Source: Candidatus Omnitrophota bacterium (GTDB lineage Bacteria; Omnitrophota; Gorgyraeia; Duberdicusellales; 4484-171). From it: 64,000 nt of DNA. How positions within the stretch are numbered: the stretch's first letter is position 1; each line of letters begins with the position of its first letter. This document shows, in pieces, positions 35,021 through 45,381 of the stretch. The stretch covers positions 1 through 64,000 of the forward strand of contig JAIPGM010000002.1 of the NCBI GenBank assembly GCA_021735655.1, given 5' to 3'. The translations under genes and the position numbers were made by a program. Below the pieces are notes generated by a model. That model made no database searches. It worked only from the letters and a program-made list of their open reading frames with translations, and was not told where the DNA came from.

Positions 35021-36046
35021 GTGGACAAATTCGTATTATTGAGTGATAAAGACAAACGCGCCTATTTCGAAGTAGCCGCGGCTGACTTGAATGTAATGCC
35101 ACAGCTTATTGAAAAGGATTTCTGGGTTTGTTGGATACTCAGGACCCTTTTTTCGTTACCGTCATCAGGCAGTCACTTGACATTTAAGGGCGGTACATCA
35201 CTTTCAAAATGCTATGACGTTATCAGGCGTTTTTCAGAAGATGTCGATATTTCGATAGAAAGGTCTTTTTTATCAAGCCAACAGGCCATTGAACCTAAAA
35301 AACAAGAAAGTAACAAAGAAAACCAGCGAAGACTTGAAAGGTTACAGTTAGCCTGTCAAGCAAAGATCAGCGGCACTCTAATCCCAGAACTGAAAAAAAG
35401 TATTGCCGCTATTCTGACCGATAGAAAAAAATGGAATCTCGAAATCGATTCTAACGACGCATTAAAGCAGACAGTTTTGTTTACTTTCCCACACGCTTTG
35501 ACAAATAGTATGGAAAGCTACGTAAAGGCCGCTGTTAAAATTGAGTTTGGTTCCAGAGCCGACCATTGGCCTGTTGAAAATATGGCTGTTACGCCATATG
35601 TTGCTAATGTTTCAGACGATGTGACTATTGAAGGTGCATCAGTGCGTGTTTTAGCCGCAGAGCGGACCTTTTGGGAGAAAGCGACCATACTTCATATGAT
35701 ATATCATTATCCTGAAGGTAAGAATGTGCCTCCGCGGATGTCGCGGCACTATTATGATTTATTCGCGATGGTAGATTCTTTTGTATACAAGAAATCTTTA
35801 GAAAAAATATCGCTATTGAAACATGTATCCGATCATAAGTCTTTATTTTTTAAAGCTAACTGGGCGCATTATGAAGAGGCTAAACCGGGCAGCTTGCGGC
35901 TGGTGCCGCGCGATGACCAAATAAGCCAGTTGAAAACTGATTACCGACAAATGCAACAAATGTTTTTTGAGGATCCCCCGTCATTTGAGAGTGTTTTAGA
36001 GAAACTAAAAATAGCGGAAGATAAGATTAGCAGGGTCAAACAATGA
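35021..36046 (+). CDS. abiEii: AbiEii/AbiGii-family nucleotidyltransferase toxin (DUF1814)
   Basis: NTase motif FKGGTSLSKCYDVIRRFSEDVDI. 341 aa. Immediately downstream of abiEi. Confidence 0.7.
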   Translation: MDKFVLLSDKDKRAYFEVAAADLNVMPQLIEKDFWVCWILRTLFSLPSSGSHLTFKGGTSLSKCYDVIRRFSEDVDISIERSFLSSQQAIEPKKQESNKENQRRLERLQLACQAKISGTLIPELKKSIAAILTDRKKWNLEIDSNDALKQTVLFTFPHALTNSMESYVKAAVKIEFGSRADHWPVENMAVTPYVANVSDDVTIEGASVRVLAAERTFWEKATILHMIYHYPEGKNVPPRMSRHYYDLFAMVDSFVYKKSLEKISLLKHVSDHKSLFFKANWAHYEEAKPGSLRLVPRDDQISQLKTDYRQMQQMFFEDPPSFESVLEKLKIAEDKISRVKQ

Positions 36047-36167
36047 ATTACTGGTGGACGGCAGATTATCACTTTTCGCACGCCAAAGCTATTATGATAG
36101 CCGATGAACGATCGGGATTTTTATGATATTTTTGCAATAGAATAACGAAAAGTAGCATTTAGTAGAC

Positions 36168-37316
36168 ATGAATAACCCAAAAAACTCAATAAAAAAGGCA
36201 GTCTACATCCGTACCTTCGGATGCCAGATGAATGATCGAGACTCTGAGGCTCTTCTAGGCCTTTTTGTTGATTTGGGGTATTCTGTAGCTAAAGAGCCTA
36301 AGGAGGCCGATGTAATATTAGTTAATACTTGTTCGGTGAGAGAGCATGCTGAAGACCGGGCCCGTTCTTTTTTAGGTAGCCTACAGAAGCTCGCTGAGCG
36401 CCGGCGTTCCCGAGGCGCTAAACATAAGATAATTGGGCTTATTGGTTGTATGGCTCAGAATACTGGAGAAGAAATATTTAAAAGAATGCCCTATGTTGAT
36501 TTAATCTGTGGACCTGGCTGTCTAGATAGAGTCGTTGCTTATATTCAAAAGATAGAGAAAGAAAAAGTTCGGATTCTTGACTTAGAGGATAAGAAACGTA
36601 AAAGTGAATTTTATCAAGGTTCCTATCGTATTGAGAGCGACCATGCCCAAGTTGTGATATCAACCGGCTGTTCTAATTATTGTTCATATTGTGTTGTTCC
36701 TTATGTACGTGGTGAGTTACGCTTGCGCAAACCCAAAGATATCATTGATGAGATAAAGCAGAATATAGCTTTAGGTATTTCGAAAATTACTTTGCTTGGT
36801 CAAAATGTTAATGATTATTTTTTTAATCAGCGGGTTAATTTTGTTGAGTTACTTAATCGAATCGAGGCAATAAATGGATTAACCGAGTTAAATTTCATTA
36901 CTTCGCAACCAAGGAATATTCCTAAAGGTTTATTCGAGCTGATGGCAAAGAGCGATAAAATATCAAAGCATTTGCATTTACCTTTTCAGTCAGGATCAAA
37001 TCGTATTTTAAAGGCGATGAAACGAGGTTATACGATTGATAAGTACTTGCAAATAGTCTCTGATTATAAGAAAATAGTAAAAGGTACCTTGAGTACCGAT
37101 GTCATTGTTGGCTTTCCGACTGAGAGCGATGAAGATTTTGCGCAAACTAAGGAAGTTTTAGAAAAGGTGCGTTTCTCGAGTGCTTATATTTTTAAATATT
37201 CACCACGGAAAAGGGCAAAAAGTGCTAAGTTAATTGATGATCTAGTTCAGAGCGAAAAAGTTAAGAGGCACAAGATATTGCTCGATCTGCAAAGGAAGAT
37301 TTCACGCGATGGTTAA
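36168..37316 (+). CDS. miaB: MiaB-family tRNA methylthiotransferase (radical SAM, lacks an obvious TRAM domain)
   Basis: MTTase N-domain (VYIRTFGCQMN), radical SAM motif CSNYCSYC. Confidence 0.75.
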   Translation: MNNPKNSIKKAVYIRTFGCQMNDRDSEALLGLFVDLGYSVAKEPKEADVILVNTCSVREHAEDRARSFLGSLQKLAERRRSRGAKHKIIGLIGCMAQNTGEEIFKRMPYVDLICGPGCLDRVVAYIQKIEKEKVRILDLEDKKRKSEFYQGSYRIESDHAQVVISTGCSNYCSYCVVPYVRGELRLRKPKDIIDEIKQNIALGISKITLLGQNVNDYFFNQRVNFVELLNRIEAINGLTELNFITSQPRNIPKGLFELMAKSDKISKHLHLPFQSGSNRILKAMKRGYTIDKYLQIVSDYKKIVKGTLSTDVIVGFPTESDEDFAQTKEVLEKVRFSSAYIFKYSPRKRAKSAKLIDDLVQSEKVKRHKILLDLQRKISRDG

Positions 37317-38046
37317 AAGAAGTAAGGTTTGGTTTTTACTTATTTTTTATTTTTGTCTTGTTGCTAATGTTTGGGCAGTTTCTTTAGAGGAGGCCCAACA
37401 AGATTATCTTTTGGGTAATTATGAGGAAGCGATAGTTAAGGCCCGCCGTTTGCATGAAAACGATGAAACCCTTTATTTTTTAGGTTTAGCTTATACTAAA
37501 ACCGCAGACTATGAACGGGCCAGAGCATATTTAGATAAATTGATTGATCGCTTCCCGGGGTCAGATTTTCGTAATCTGGCTATGATGAAATTAGCCGATA
37601 CTTATTTTTTACAAAAAGACTATGATAAGGCTAAAGAACTTTATCAAATTATCGAGAGTAAATGTTTGAAACTCGAGAATCCATCTTTGCTTTTTCTTCG
37701 CTTGGCTCAAATTGCCAGCCGCCGGGGAGAGTGGGAAGATAAAGGCAAATATTTAGAGTTGATAAAGAAAAAATATCCTAATAGTCCGGAAATGTATTTT
37801 GTTAAAACTTTGGAGGAGTATGGTGACTTTTTTACTATTCAGGTAGGAGCCTTTAGTCAGAAGAAAAATGCAGTTTTACTTAAGGATGAGGTAACTTGTG
37901 AATCTAAGGCTTACATTGTTGAAGGTAAGTCTGGGGCCTATCCGATATATAAGGTGAGGGTAGGCAAATTTAAAAAGCGATATGATGCCGACAAGGTTGC
38001 CCAAGATTTACGTAGCCAGGGATATCCTGCCAGTATTTACCCTTAA
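37309..38046 (+). CDS. TPR-repeat protein with C-terminal SPOR domain
   Basis: Signal/TM N-terminus, TPR-like helices, SPOR-like end (FTIQVGAFSQKKNAVLL ... YKVRVGKF). Confidence 0.6.
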   Translation: MVKRSKVWFLLIFYFCLVANVWAVSLEEAQQDYLLGNYEEAIVKARRLHENDETLYFLGLAYTKTADYERARAYLDKLIDRFPGSDFRNLAMMKLADTYFLQKDYDKAKELYQIIESKCLKLENPSLLFLRLAQIASRRGEWEDKGKYLELIKKKYPNSPEMYFVKTLEEYGDFFTIQVGAFSQKKNAVLLKDEVTCESKAYIVEGKSGAYPIYKVRVGKFKKRYDADKVAQDLRSQGYPASIYP

Positions 38047-38049
38047 TTT

Positions 38050-38967
38050 ATGAATCCGATTATTTGTATAGTTGGTCCGACCGCCTCCGGGAAAACTCAA
38101 ACTAGTTATCTATTGGCTCGTAAGCTTGGTGTTGAGATTATTTCTTGTGATTCGATGCTTATCTATCGGGAGCCTTCAATCATTACTTCAAAGCCATCGC
38201 ACCAGCTATTAGCCGAAGTTAACCATCATTTTATCGGAATAACTTCGGTTAGCGAAACTTATAGTGTGTTTGATTATTTTCGTTTGGCCACCGAAGCAAT
38301 TAGGGCTCTTTATTTTAAAAATCAATCTCCGGTAGTTTGTGGCGGAAGTGGCTTATATTTCAAAGCTATAATTGACGGTATTTTTCAAGGGCCGGGGAAA
38401 AATGATCAATTGCGCGAGTCTTTAATGAGAACTGCCGAGACCTACGGTAAACAATATCTTTATGAGGAGTTAAAAAAAGTAGATTCGCCGGCAGCAATGA
38501 GAATTTCTCCCAATGATTTAAGAAGAACCATCAGAGCACTTGAAGTCTATTATGAAAGCGGCATGCCGATGTCTCAAAAACAAACCTTTTCTTTTGGGTT
38601 ATGGGGAGATTTGCCGATTAAGATATTTGGTCTGCGGCTTAAGCGTAAAGAACTATATCACCGGATTGAAGAAAGGGTTGATCAGATGTTTGTTGAAGGC
38701 GCCGTAGATGAGGTTGAAGCTTTAAGACAGGGCAATTTGAGCCTTACTGCCGAGAAGATAATTGGGGTAAAAGAAATTTCTGAGTTTTTAGATGATAAGG
38801 TAACTGAGGCTCAGGCTAAGGCTAATATGAAGAAAAATACTCGCCATCTAGCTAAACGTCAAATAACTTGGTTTAAAAAAGAAAAGCGTATCGAGTGGAT
38901 AGATATTGATGAACAAACTCCTAAACAAACTGCTGAATTAATCGAGTCACGAATTAGCAATGCATGA
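38050..38967 (+). CDS. miaA: tRNA dimethylallyltransferase
   Basis: P-loop IVGPTASGKT and the MiaA core. Confidence 0.85.
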   Translation: MNPIICIVGPTASGKTQTSYLLARKLGVEIISCDSMLIYREPSIITSKPSHQLLAEVNHHFIGITSVSETYSVFDYFRLATEAIRALYFKNQSPVVCGGSGLYFKAIIDGIFQGPGKNDQLRESLMRTAETYGKQYLYEELKKVDSPAAMRISPNDLRRTIRALEVYYESGMPMSQKQTFSFGLWGDLPIKIFGLRLKRKELYHRIEERVDQMFVEGAVDEVEALRQGNLSLTAEKIIGVKEISEFLDDKVTEAQAKANMKKNTRHLAKRQITWFKKEKRIEWIDIDEQTPKQTAELIESRISNA

Positions 38968-40228
38968 AACCATAAAAAAAGAAACCGCACTCTTGGTCGT
39001 GGTTAAAGAACCTAAAGAACTTTGGCTTTTTGAGGATTTAGCCTCGGAGTTTAAAAATTTAGTTATTTCTTCGGGGATTGAAGTGACTGAAGTTGTTTTA
39101 GTGAAACTGGCTCAGCCTAACCCTTCGCTTTATATTGGAAAAGGCAAGGTAGAAGAGATTAGACTTAAAAGGGAGGAGCTAGGGGTCGACGTAGTAATTT
39201 TTAACGCTAATTTGAAATTTACTCAACAGAGGAATCTGGAAGAAATATTAAATGTTAAGACCATTGATCGTACCCAGCTGATTTTAGATATATTCGCCAA
39301 GCACGCCCATAGTCAAGAAGGAATACTTCAGGTTGAGCTAGCTCAGTCTCAGTATCTCTTGCCGCGACTTAGAGGAAAAGGTATTGCTCTTAGCCGTTTA
39401 GGTGGTGGCATCGGGACCCGGGGCCCGGGTGAAAAAAAGCTTGAGGTTGATCAGAGAAAAATTTCCGATCGGATAAGTAAAATTAAAGAAGAACTTCATG
39501 ATCTAGGACAACATCATAATCTGATGCGCAAGCGGCGCGATAAGGCTAAAGAACATATGTGTTCTTTAGTTGGCTATACTAATGCCGGAAAGACTACCTT
39601 GTTTAATCTTCTAGCTCAAAGTGAGCAGGTAGAATCAGCCGGCTTGTTTACAACTTTAGATACAGTAACTCGTCAGTTTTCCTTAGCTGTTGGCCAAAAA
39701 GTAGTACTATCAGATACAGTAGGGTTTGTTTATAATTTACCTCCGAACCTAGTTGAGTCTTTTAAAACTACTCTTGATGAGTTGCAGTATTCAGATGTTT
39801 TATTACATTTAGTTGATCTGAGTAGTAAAAATTTCTTGCAGCTTAAGGCAGCGGTTGATAGTATCTTGACGGATTTAAAACTTGATTTAAAACCGACAAT
39901 TGTTGTTTTTAACAAGATTGATAAAATTTCCTCCCGAGAGGTTGAATTTTTAAAAAAAGATTATCCTAAGGCGGTTTTTATTTCTGCTAAGAGTGGTTTG
40001 GGTATAGAGGAATTAAAACAGGTAATTTCAATCAATATTTTTAAAGATACCCTAGAGGTTATAGCCAGGGTACCATTTGATCATATGGAAATTGTTAACT
40101 ATTTGCATAAAAATTGCGAGGTTTTGGAAAGCAACTATGAAGATAAAGAGGCTGTTTTTCACTTAAGGCTAAAGCGGGACAAATTAGATTATATTAAAAA
40201 TCAGGGGATCAAGACAAAGAAAGCTTAG
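38960..40228 (+). CDS. hflX: GTPase HflX
   Basis: HflX N-domain then G-domain (GYTNAGKTTLFN ... DTVGF ... NKID). Confidence 0.85.
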   Translation: MHETIKKETALLVVVKEPKELWLFEDLASEFKNLVISSGIEVTEVVLVKLAQPNPSLYIGKGKVEEIRLKREELGVDVVIFNANLKFTQQRNLEEILNVKTIDRTQLILDIFAKHAHSQEGILQVELAQSQYLLPRLRGKGIALSRLGGGIGTRGPGEKKLEVDQRKISDRISKIKEELHDLGQHHNLMRKRRDKAKEHMCSLVGYTNAGKTTLFNLLAQSEQVESAGLFTTLDTVTRQFSLAVGQKVVLSDTVGFVYNLPPNLVESFKTTLDELQYSDVLLHLVDLSSKNFLQLKAAVDSILTDLKLDLKPTIVVFNKIDKISSREVEFLKKDYPKAVFISAKSGLGIEELKQVISINIFKDTLEVIARVPFDHMEIVNYLHKNCEVLESNYEDKEAVFHLRLKRDKLDYIKNQGIKTKKA

Positions 40229-40322
40229 ATACTGTTAAAATCAACAGTTGAATGATTGGTAAAACGCGGTAGAATTAGTTTCTTAGGTGAAGAGTTGTAA
40301 CTAAACAAAAAAGGGAGTTGTA

Positions 40323-40673
40323 ATGCGAGTTGATGTTTCTTTTAAGTATCTCAAGAAAAGCGATTTTATTAACAATGTTTTAGATAATGGTTTCAAAAAG
40401 ATTGAGCGTCGGATTAAGATGTTTCGGCGCAACGACCCAATACATATTTCAGTACACCTAGAGAAGAACCCTCATAAGGAGCAATATTTTTGTAAATCTC
40501 ACGTTTATCTGCCTTCATCAAAAGTTTTAGCTGCTAACGAAAAGGGCACCAAAGTTTCTTTGGCCATAAATAAGACCTTTTCGGCTTTGAGCAAGCAACT
40601 AGATAAAGAGAAACATAAGTGGCAAAAGCAGCTAAGAATCCGCCGTCAGAAGGACTCTTTTGACTTTGAATAA
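40323..40673 (+). CDS. hpf: Ribosome hibernation promoting factor / RaiA family
   Basis: 116 aa with a YfiA/HPF-like beta-alpha-beta pattern. Confidence 0.55.
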   Translation: MRVDVSFKYLKKSDFINNVLDNGFKKIERRIKMFRRNDPIHISVHLEKNPHKEQYFCKSHVYLPSSKVLAANEKGTKVSLAINKTFSALSKQLDKEKHKWQKQLRIRRQKDSFDFE

Positions 40674-40719
40674 AATAACAATTTTTTCTTGACGAGGCTG
40701 AAGCGGTGTGTTAGGATAC

Positions 40720-40746
40720 TTAGCACTCTAAGAGCTAGAGTGCTAA
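40720..40746 (+). promoter_or_regulatory. CIRCE operator (TTAGCACTC-N9-GAGTGCTAA), HrcA binding site
   Basis: Perfect consensus read directly. Preceded by a TTGACG-N16-TTAGGAT promoter-like sequence. Confidence 0.9.
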
Positions 40747-40758
40747 AGGAGATTGATT

Positions 40759-41499
40759 ATGGTACGAAATATTGATAGCCAAGAAAGAGAAAATGAGATT
40801 CTCGGCTTAATTATTGAAAGTTATATTGAGCAGAGTAAGCCGATCAGTTCAGCTTATTTATGTGATAATCATAAGCTTAATTGTTCACCGGCAACGATTA
40901 GGAATGTAATGCTTTCTTTAGAGAGGAAGGGGCTCATTTCTCATATTCATACTTCAAGCGGCCGCGTGCCGACTAAGCAGGGTTTTAAGCACTACGTAGA
41001 AAGTTTAAAACAGGAAGAGCTTCAAAAGCAGCAGCCATCTAATCTTGATTTTCATTCACTTCCTGAGTCCAACATTGAAGAGGCAATTAATTATTCTTTA
41101 GATAGTTTAGCCAGTCTGAGTGGTTATGCTTCGTTGATTGCTGTTTCTGGACAGGATGAGCGGTTTTCTTATCGAGGGATGCGTTTTATATTAGAGCAGC
41201 CGGAGTTTGAGGATATCTCCAAACTCCGTCATATAATCTATGCTCTTGAAGTGAGGATGATCGATTTTCAGCATCTTCTTTTTGACTATATTGATGAGAA
41301 TATAAAGATACTTATTGGTGATGAGATCGGATTCGAAGAGATTTCTGATTGTTCTTTGATAGTCTCGGGAATTCACGAAAAAGGGGTTGCTCTTTCGCTG
41401 GCTCTTTTGGGTCCGATGCGGATGAATTATTCCAAAGCCGCATCATGTCTAAACTCAGTGAGAAATCAGCTTCGTGAAGTTGTTGAGGAGTTCGTATGA
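40759..41499 (+). CDS. hrcA: Heat-inducible transcription repressor HrcA (short form)
   Basis: N-terminal wHTH (ILGLIIESYIEQSKPISSAYL ... SPATIRNVMLSLERKGLI). Operon position before grpE-dnaK-dnaJ. ATG at 40759 preferred. Confidence 0.75.
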   Translation: MVRNIDSQERENEILGLIIESYIEQSKPISSAYLCDNHKLNCSPATIRNVMLSLERKGLISHIHTSSGRVPTKQGFKHYVESLKQEELQKQQPSNLDFHSLPESNIEEAINYSLDSLASLSGYASLIAVSGQDERFSYRGMRFILEQPEFEDISKLRHIIYALEVRMIDFQHLLFDYIDENIKILIGDEIGFEEISDCSLIVSGIHEKGVALSLALLGPMRMNYSKAASCLNSVRNQLREVVEEFV

Positions 41500-42068
41500 C
41501 CAAGAAAAATAAAAAACAGACTTCAAAGGAAGAAGCGTTAGAGAAAATTCAAAAAGAGTGTGATGAGCTTCGCGATAGATACTTAAGGCTTCAGGCGGAG
41601 TTTGATAATTATCGTAAACGTTCATTGAAAGAAAGGGGTGATTTTGTTAAGTTTGCTAACGAAGGTTTAATTGTTGAGCTGTTAGGCATTCTTGATAACT
41701 TCGAGCGTGGCATAAAAGCAGCAGACCTAAAGAAGGATTTTGACCTTTTACATCAGGGTGTGGACATGATTTCAAAACAGCTGCACGGATTGCTAGAGAG
41801 CAAGGGTCTAAAGCGAATAAAAGCACTGGGTGAGAAGTTTGATCCACATCAACATGAAGCAATGCAGGTAGTTGAGACTGAAGGTGTCGAGCAGGACATG
41901 GTGATTGAGGAGATGCAACCGGGCTATTTGCTGAATGGGCGTATAGTCAGGCCAGCCAAGGTTAAAGTTGCTAAGGCAAAGGAAGAAAAAAAGGAAGACG
42001 CAGAGGAAGATATAATAGAAGATCAAACAGAAGAAGTGATAGAGGAAGATTTTAACAAGGGAGGTTAA
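41496..42068 (+). CDS. grpE: Nucleotide exchange factor GrpE
   Basis: Coiled-coil N-terminus and GrpE core ([12 protein letters not shown] ... FDPHQHEAM). Confidence 0.9.
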   Translation: MTKKNKKQTSKEEALEKIQKECDELRDRYLRLQAEFDNYRKRSLKERGDFVKFANEGLIVELLGILDNFERGIKAADLKKDFDLLHQGVDMISKQLHGLLESKGLKRIKALGEKFDPHQHEAMQVVETEGVEQDMVIEEMQPGYLLNGRIVRPAKVKVAKAKEEKKEDAEEDIIEDQTEEVIEEDFNKGG

Positions 42069-42070
42069 TT

Positions 42071-43978
42071 ATGGCAAAAGTAATTGGAATTGATTTAGGG
42101 ACATCTAACTCATCAGCTGCAGTAATGGAGGGTGGCAGGCCAACAATAATTCCATCAGCTGAAGGAGCTGGCGTTGCAAGTGGAAAGGCTTTCCCTTCGG
42201 TAGTTGCCTTTACTAAAGATGGCCAGCGATTGGTTGGTGAACCAGCCAGGAGGCAGGCTTCAGTTAATCCCGAAGGAACAGTCTTGGCGGCCAAAAGAAA
42301 AATTGGAACAAACTTTAAATTCAGCGTTTATGGTAATGAATATACACCGCAGCAGATTTCAGCCTTTATTTTGCAAAAGATAAAGCAAGATGCTGAGAGT
42401 TATCTTGGTGATACGGTAACCGAGGCAGTGGTGACTGTACCAGCCTACTTTAATGATAATCAACGCCAAGCTACTAAAGATGCTGGAAAAATTGCCGGTT
42501 TAGAGGTTTTGCGAATTGTCAATGAGCCTACGGCGGCTTGTCTAGCTTATGGATTGAATAAGGTTGGTAAAGAACTCAAGATCATGGTTTTTGACTTTGG
42601 CGGTGGAACTCTAGATGTAACGGTTATGGAAATGTGGGCTGAAGGGGGCTTTAAAGTTCTCTCAACCTCCGGTGATACTCATCTTGGCGGAACTGACATG
42701 GACAAGGTTTTAATCGACCATATTGCCGAAGATTTTAAGAAACAGTCGGGCATTGATTTACGTAATGACAGTATGGCTATGCAACGTTTACGTGAAGCAG
42801 CTGAAAAGGCAAAGATAGAGCTTTCCAGCACCTTGACTACTGAGATAAATTTACCTTTTATTACTGCTGATCAATCAGGCCCTAAGCATCTTACAATTTC
42901 ACTCAATCGAGCTAAAGTCGAAGAGCTAGTTACGCCAATTATTGATAAGTGTAAGGCTCCGCTTCAGCAGGCTTTAGATGATGCTAAGTTGTCAGGTGGC
43001 GATATTGACAAAATTATAATGGTCGGTGGACCGACTCGGATGCCGATTGTTCAAAAGTTTCTTGAAGATTATGTCGGTAAAAAGATTGAACGGGGTATTG
43101 ATCCGATGGAGTGCGTTTCAATGGGTGCTGCAGTCCAGGCATCAATCATCAAGGGTGATACTAAAGATGTTTTGCTTTTGGATGTTACACCGCTTTCTTT
43201 AGGTATTGAAACTCTAGGCGGAGTATCAACTAAATTAATCGAAAGAAACACAACGATTCCGACTAAGAAGAGCCAGGTTTTTTCAACCGCTGAAAGCAAT
43301 CAGCCGGCAGTTACAATAAGGGTTCTGCAAGGGGAGCGGCCAATGGCTAGTGATAATATTGAGCTTGGTCGGTTTGACTTAGTGGGAATCCCACCGGCAC
43401 CACGCGGAGTGCCCCAGATAGAAGTTACTTTTGATATTGACGCTAACGGAATAGTTCATGTTACCGCCAAAGACAAAGGTACCGGAAAAGAGCAGTCAGT
43501 TCGGATAACTGCCCCGGATAAGTTATCTGAGGCTGATGTTGAAAAAATGGTTAAAGAGGCTGATAAGTATGCCGATGAAGATAAACAACGAAAAGAAGCA
43601 GCCGAGTTAAAGAATAAGGCTGATACTTTAGTTTATTCGACTGAGAAGTCGCTTAAGGACTACGGCGATAAGATTTCTGAAGGTGACAAAACTGATATTC
43701 AGAATAAACTTGATGCTTTAAGGGAGACTTTAAAGTTAAAAGAAGCAACTAAAGAGCAGATTGAAAAAGGCCTTGATGAATTAACTAAGGCTTCTCATAA
43801 GCTAGCTGAACAGGTTTATAAGGCTCAGAGTGCTCAGCAACAAGGGGCTCAAGATGCCGGAGCCGCTGGCCAAGGTCAGGCTGGCCCAGAAGCTAGTCAG
43901 CAACAAGATCCACAAACTGGCTCAAAAGATGATAATGTTGTTGATGCTGAATATAAGGAAGAAGATAACAAGCAGTAA
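42071..43978 (+). CDS. dnaK: Chaperone DnaK (Hsp70)
   Basis: [10 protein letters not shown] ... DFGGGTLDV. 635 aa. Confidence 0.95.
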   Translation: MAKVIGIDLGTSNSSAAVMEGGRPTIIPSAEGAGVASGKAFPSVVAFTKDGQRLVGEPARRQASVNPEGTVLAAKRKIGTNFKFSVYGNEYTPQQISAFILQKIKQDAESYLGDTVTEAVVTVPAYFNDNQRQATKDAGKIAGLEVLRIVNEPTAACLAYGLNKVGKELKIMVFDFGGGTLDVTVMEMWAEGGFKVLSTSGDTHLGGTDMDKVLIDHIAEDFKKQSGIDLRNDSMAMQRLREAAEKAKIELSSTLTTEINLPFITADQSGPKHLTISLNRAKVEELVTPIIDKCKAPLQQALDDAKLSGGDIDKIIMVGGPTRMPIVQKFLEDYVGKKIERGIDPMECVSMGAAVQASIIKGDTKDVLLLDVTPLSLGIETLGGVSTKLIERNTTIPTKKSQVFSTAESNQPAVTIRVLQGERPMASDNIELGRFDLVGIPPAPRGVPQIEVTFDIDANGIVHVTAKDKGTGKEQSVRITAPDKLSEADVEKMVKEADKYADEDKQRKEAAELKNKADTLVYSTEKSLKDYGDKISEGDKTDIQNKLDALRETLKLKEATKEQIEKGLDELTKASHKLAEQVYKAQSAQQQGAQDAGAAGQGQAGPEASQQQDPQTGSKDDNVVDAEYKEEDNKQ

Positions 43979-43983
43979 TCATA

Positions 43984-45081
43984 ATGAGTACTGCTAAAGA
44001 TTATTATGAAGTTATTGGGTTGAGCAAGGGTGCGACCGTTGATGAGGTTAAGAAGGCTTATCGGCAGTTGGTAATGAAGCATCATCCTGATCGAGTGCCT
44101 GAAAATCAGAAAAAAGTCGCTGAAGAAAAGTTTAAAGAAATCTCTGAAGCATATGCGGTTTTAAGCGATCCTCAGAAAAAGCAGCTTTATGATCAATATG
44201 GTCATGCTGGAATAGACTCTCGTTATTCAACTGAAGATATTTTCCGCGGCGCAGACTTTTCAAGTATATTCGGCAATGCCGGCGGAGGCCTTGGTGGAAT
44301 TTTTGAGAGCTTATTTTCTAACTCTGGAGTGTTTGGTGGATCGGGATTTTCTGGATCTGGCCGGACGCGTTCCGGCGAGGATCTTCAGATTCAAGTTACG
44401 ATAAGTCTCGATGAGGCCTACCGAGGCGTAGAAAAGGATATTTCCTTTGGCCGGAATGATAATTGTTCCCATTGTTCAGGAAGTGGTGCTGAACCTGGAT
44501 CAAGGAAGCAAACTTGTTCTACTTGTCGGGGAAGAGGCCAGGTTAGCGCAGGGTTGGGAGGTTTTATTAATTTTGCTCAAACCTGCCCTAATTGCCAAGG
44601 TCAGGGCGAGATTATTAAAAATCGCTGCAAGAAGTGTTCAGGAGCCGGCAGGATAAAGGTTAAGAAAAATCTTAAAGTTACTATTCCGAAAGGGGTTGAT
44701 AGCGGATCGGTTTTACGCCTAAGGGCTGAAGGAAGTTGGGCATCTGGAGCTAGAGGTGATTTATATATTTACATCAATGTTAGAACCCATCCGCAGTTTA
44801 AACGCCAGGGTGATACGATACTTTGTGCGGTAAAGTTAAATGTTATCCAGGCAATACTGGGAGCTGAAATTGAAGTTCCTACTTTGTCTGGCAAAGTTAT
44901 GATGAAGATTCCGCCAGGTACCCAGCCCAATACGGTATTTAGGTTAAAAGGAAAAGGAATAATTGATTTACATTCAAAACGTCCGGGAGATGAGCTTATC
45001 GAAGTAGAAATAGAGATACCTAAGAAGCTATCTTCTCGAGAAAAAAAGCTCATTGAGCAATGGGCAAAATTAATAGGATGA
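43984..45081 (+). CDS. dnaJ: Chaperone DnaJ
   Basis: J-domain HPD (KHHPDR), G/F region, four CxxCxGxG zinc repeats. Confidence 0.95.
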   Translation: MSTAKDYYEVIGLSKGATVDEVKKAYRQLVMKHHPDRVPENQKKVAEEKFKEISEAYAVLSDPQKKQLYDQYGHAGIDSRYSTEDIFRGADFSSIFGNAGGGLGGIFESLFSNSGVFGGSGFSGSGRTRSGEDLQIQVTISLDEAYRGVEKDISFGRNDNCSHCSGSGAEPGSRKQTCSTCRGRGQVSAGLGGFINFAQTCPNCQGQGEIIKNRCKKCSGAGRIKVKKNLKVTIPKGVDSGSVLRLRAEGSWASGARGDLYIYINVRTHPQFKRQGDTILCAVKLNVIQAILGAEIEVPTLSGKVMMKIPPGTQPNTVFRLKGKGIIDLHSKRPGDELIEVEIEIPKKLSSREKKLIEQWAKLIG

Positions 45082-45093
45082 GGGAGTGATAAT

Positions 45094-45372
45094 ATGCCAA
45101 CTTACGATTACCAATGTTTAGATTGCGGAGATCATTTTGAACTTTTCCAGAATATGAGCGATAAAGTGCTCAAGGCTTGCCCGAAATGTAAGGGTAAAGT
45201 TAAAAGGTTAATTGGCTCAGGGAGTGGTTTGATTTTTAAGGGAAGTGGATTTTACGCAACAGACTACAAAAAACAGAATAAAAGTTCCAATAGCAAAAAG
45301 GTATCTTCGCCAGATTGTTCTGGATGCAAGGATGCTCCTAAGTGCCCGCAAGGCAAGATAAACAAAGAATAA
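45094..45372 (+). CDS. FmdB-family zinc-ribbon protein
   Basis: MPTYDYQCLDCGDHFE ... CPKCKG. Confidence 0.7.
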   Translation: MPTYDYQCLDCGDHFELFQNMSDKVLKACPKCKGKVKRLIGSGSGLIFKGSGFYATDYKKQNKSSNSKKVSSPDCSGCKDAPKCPQGKINKE

Positions 45373-45381
45373 GGAGGTTTT

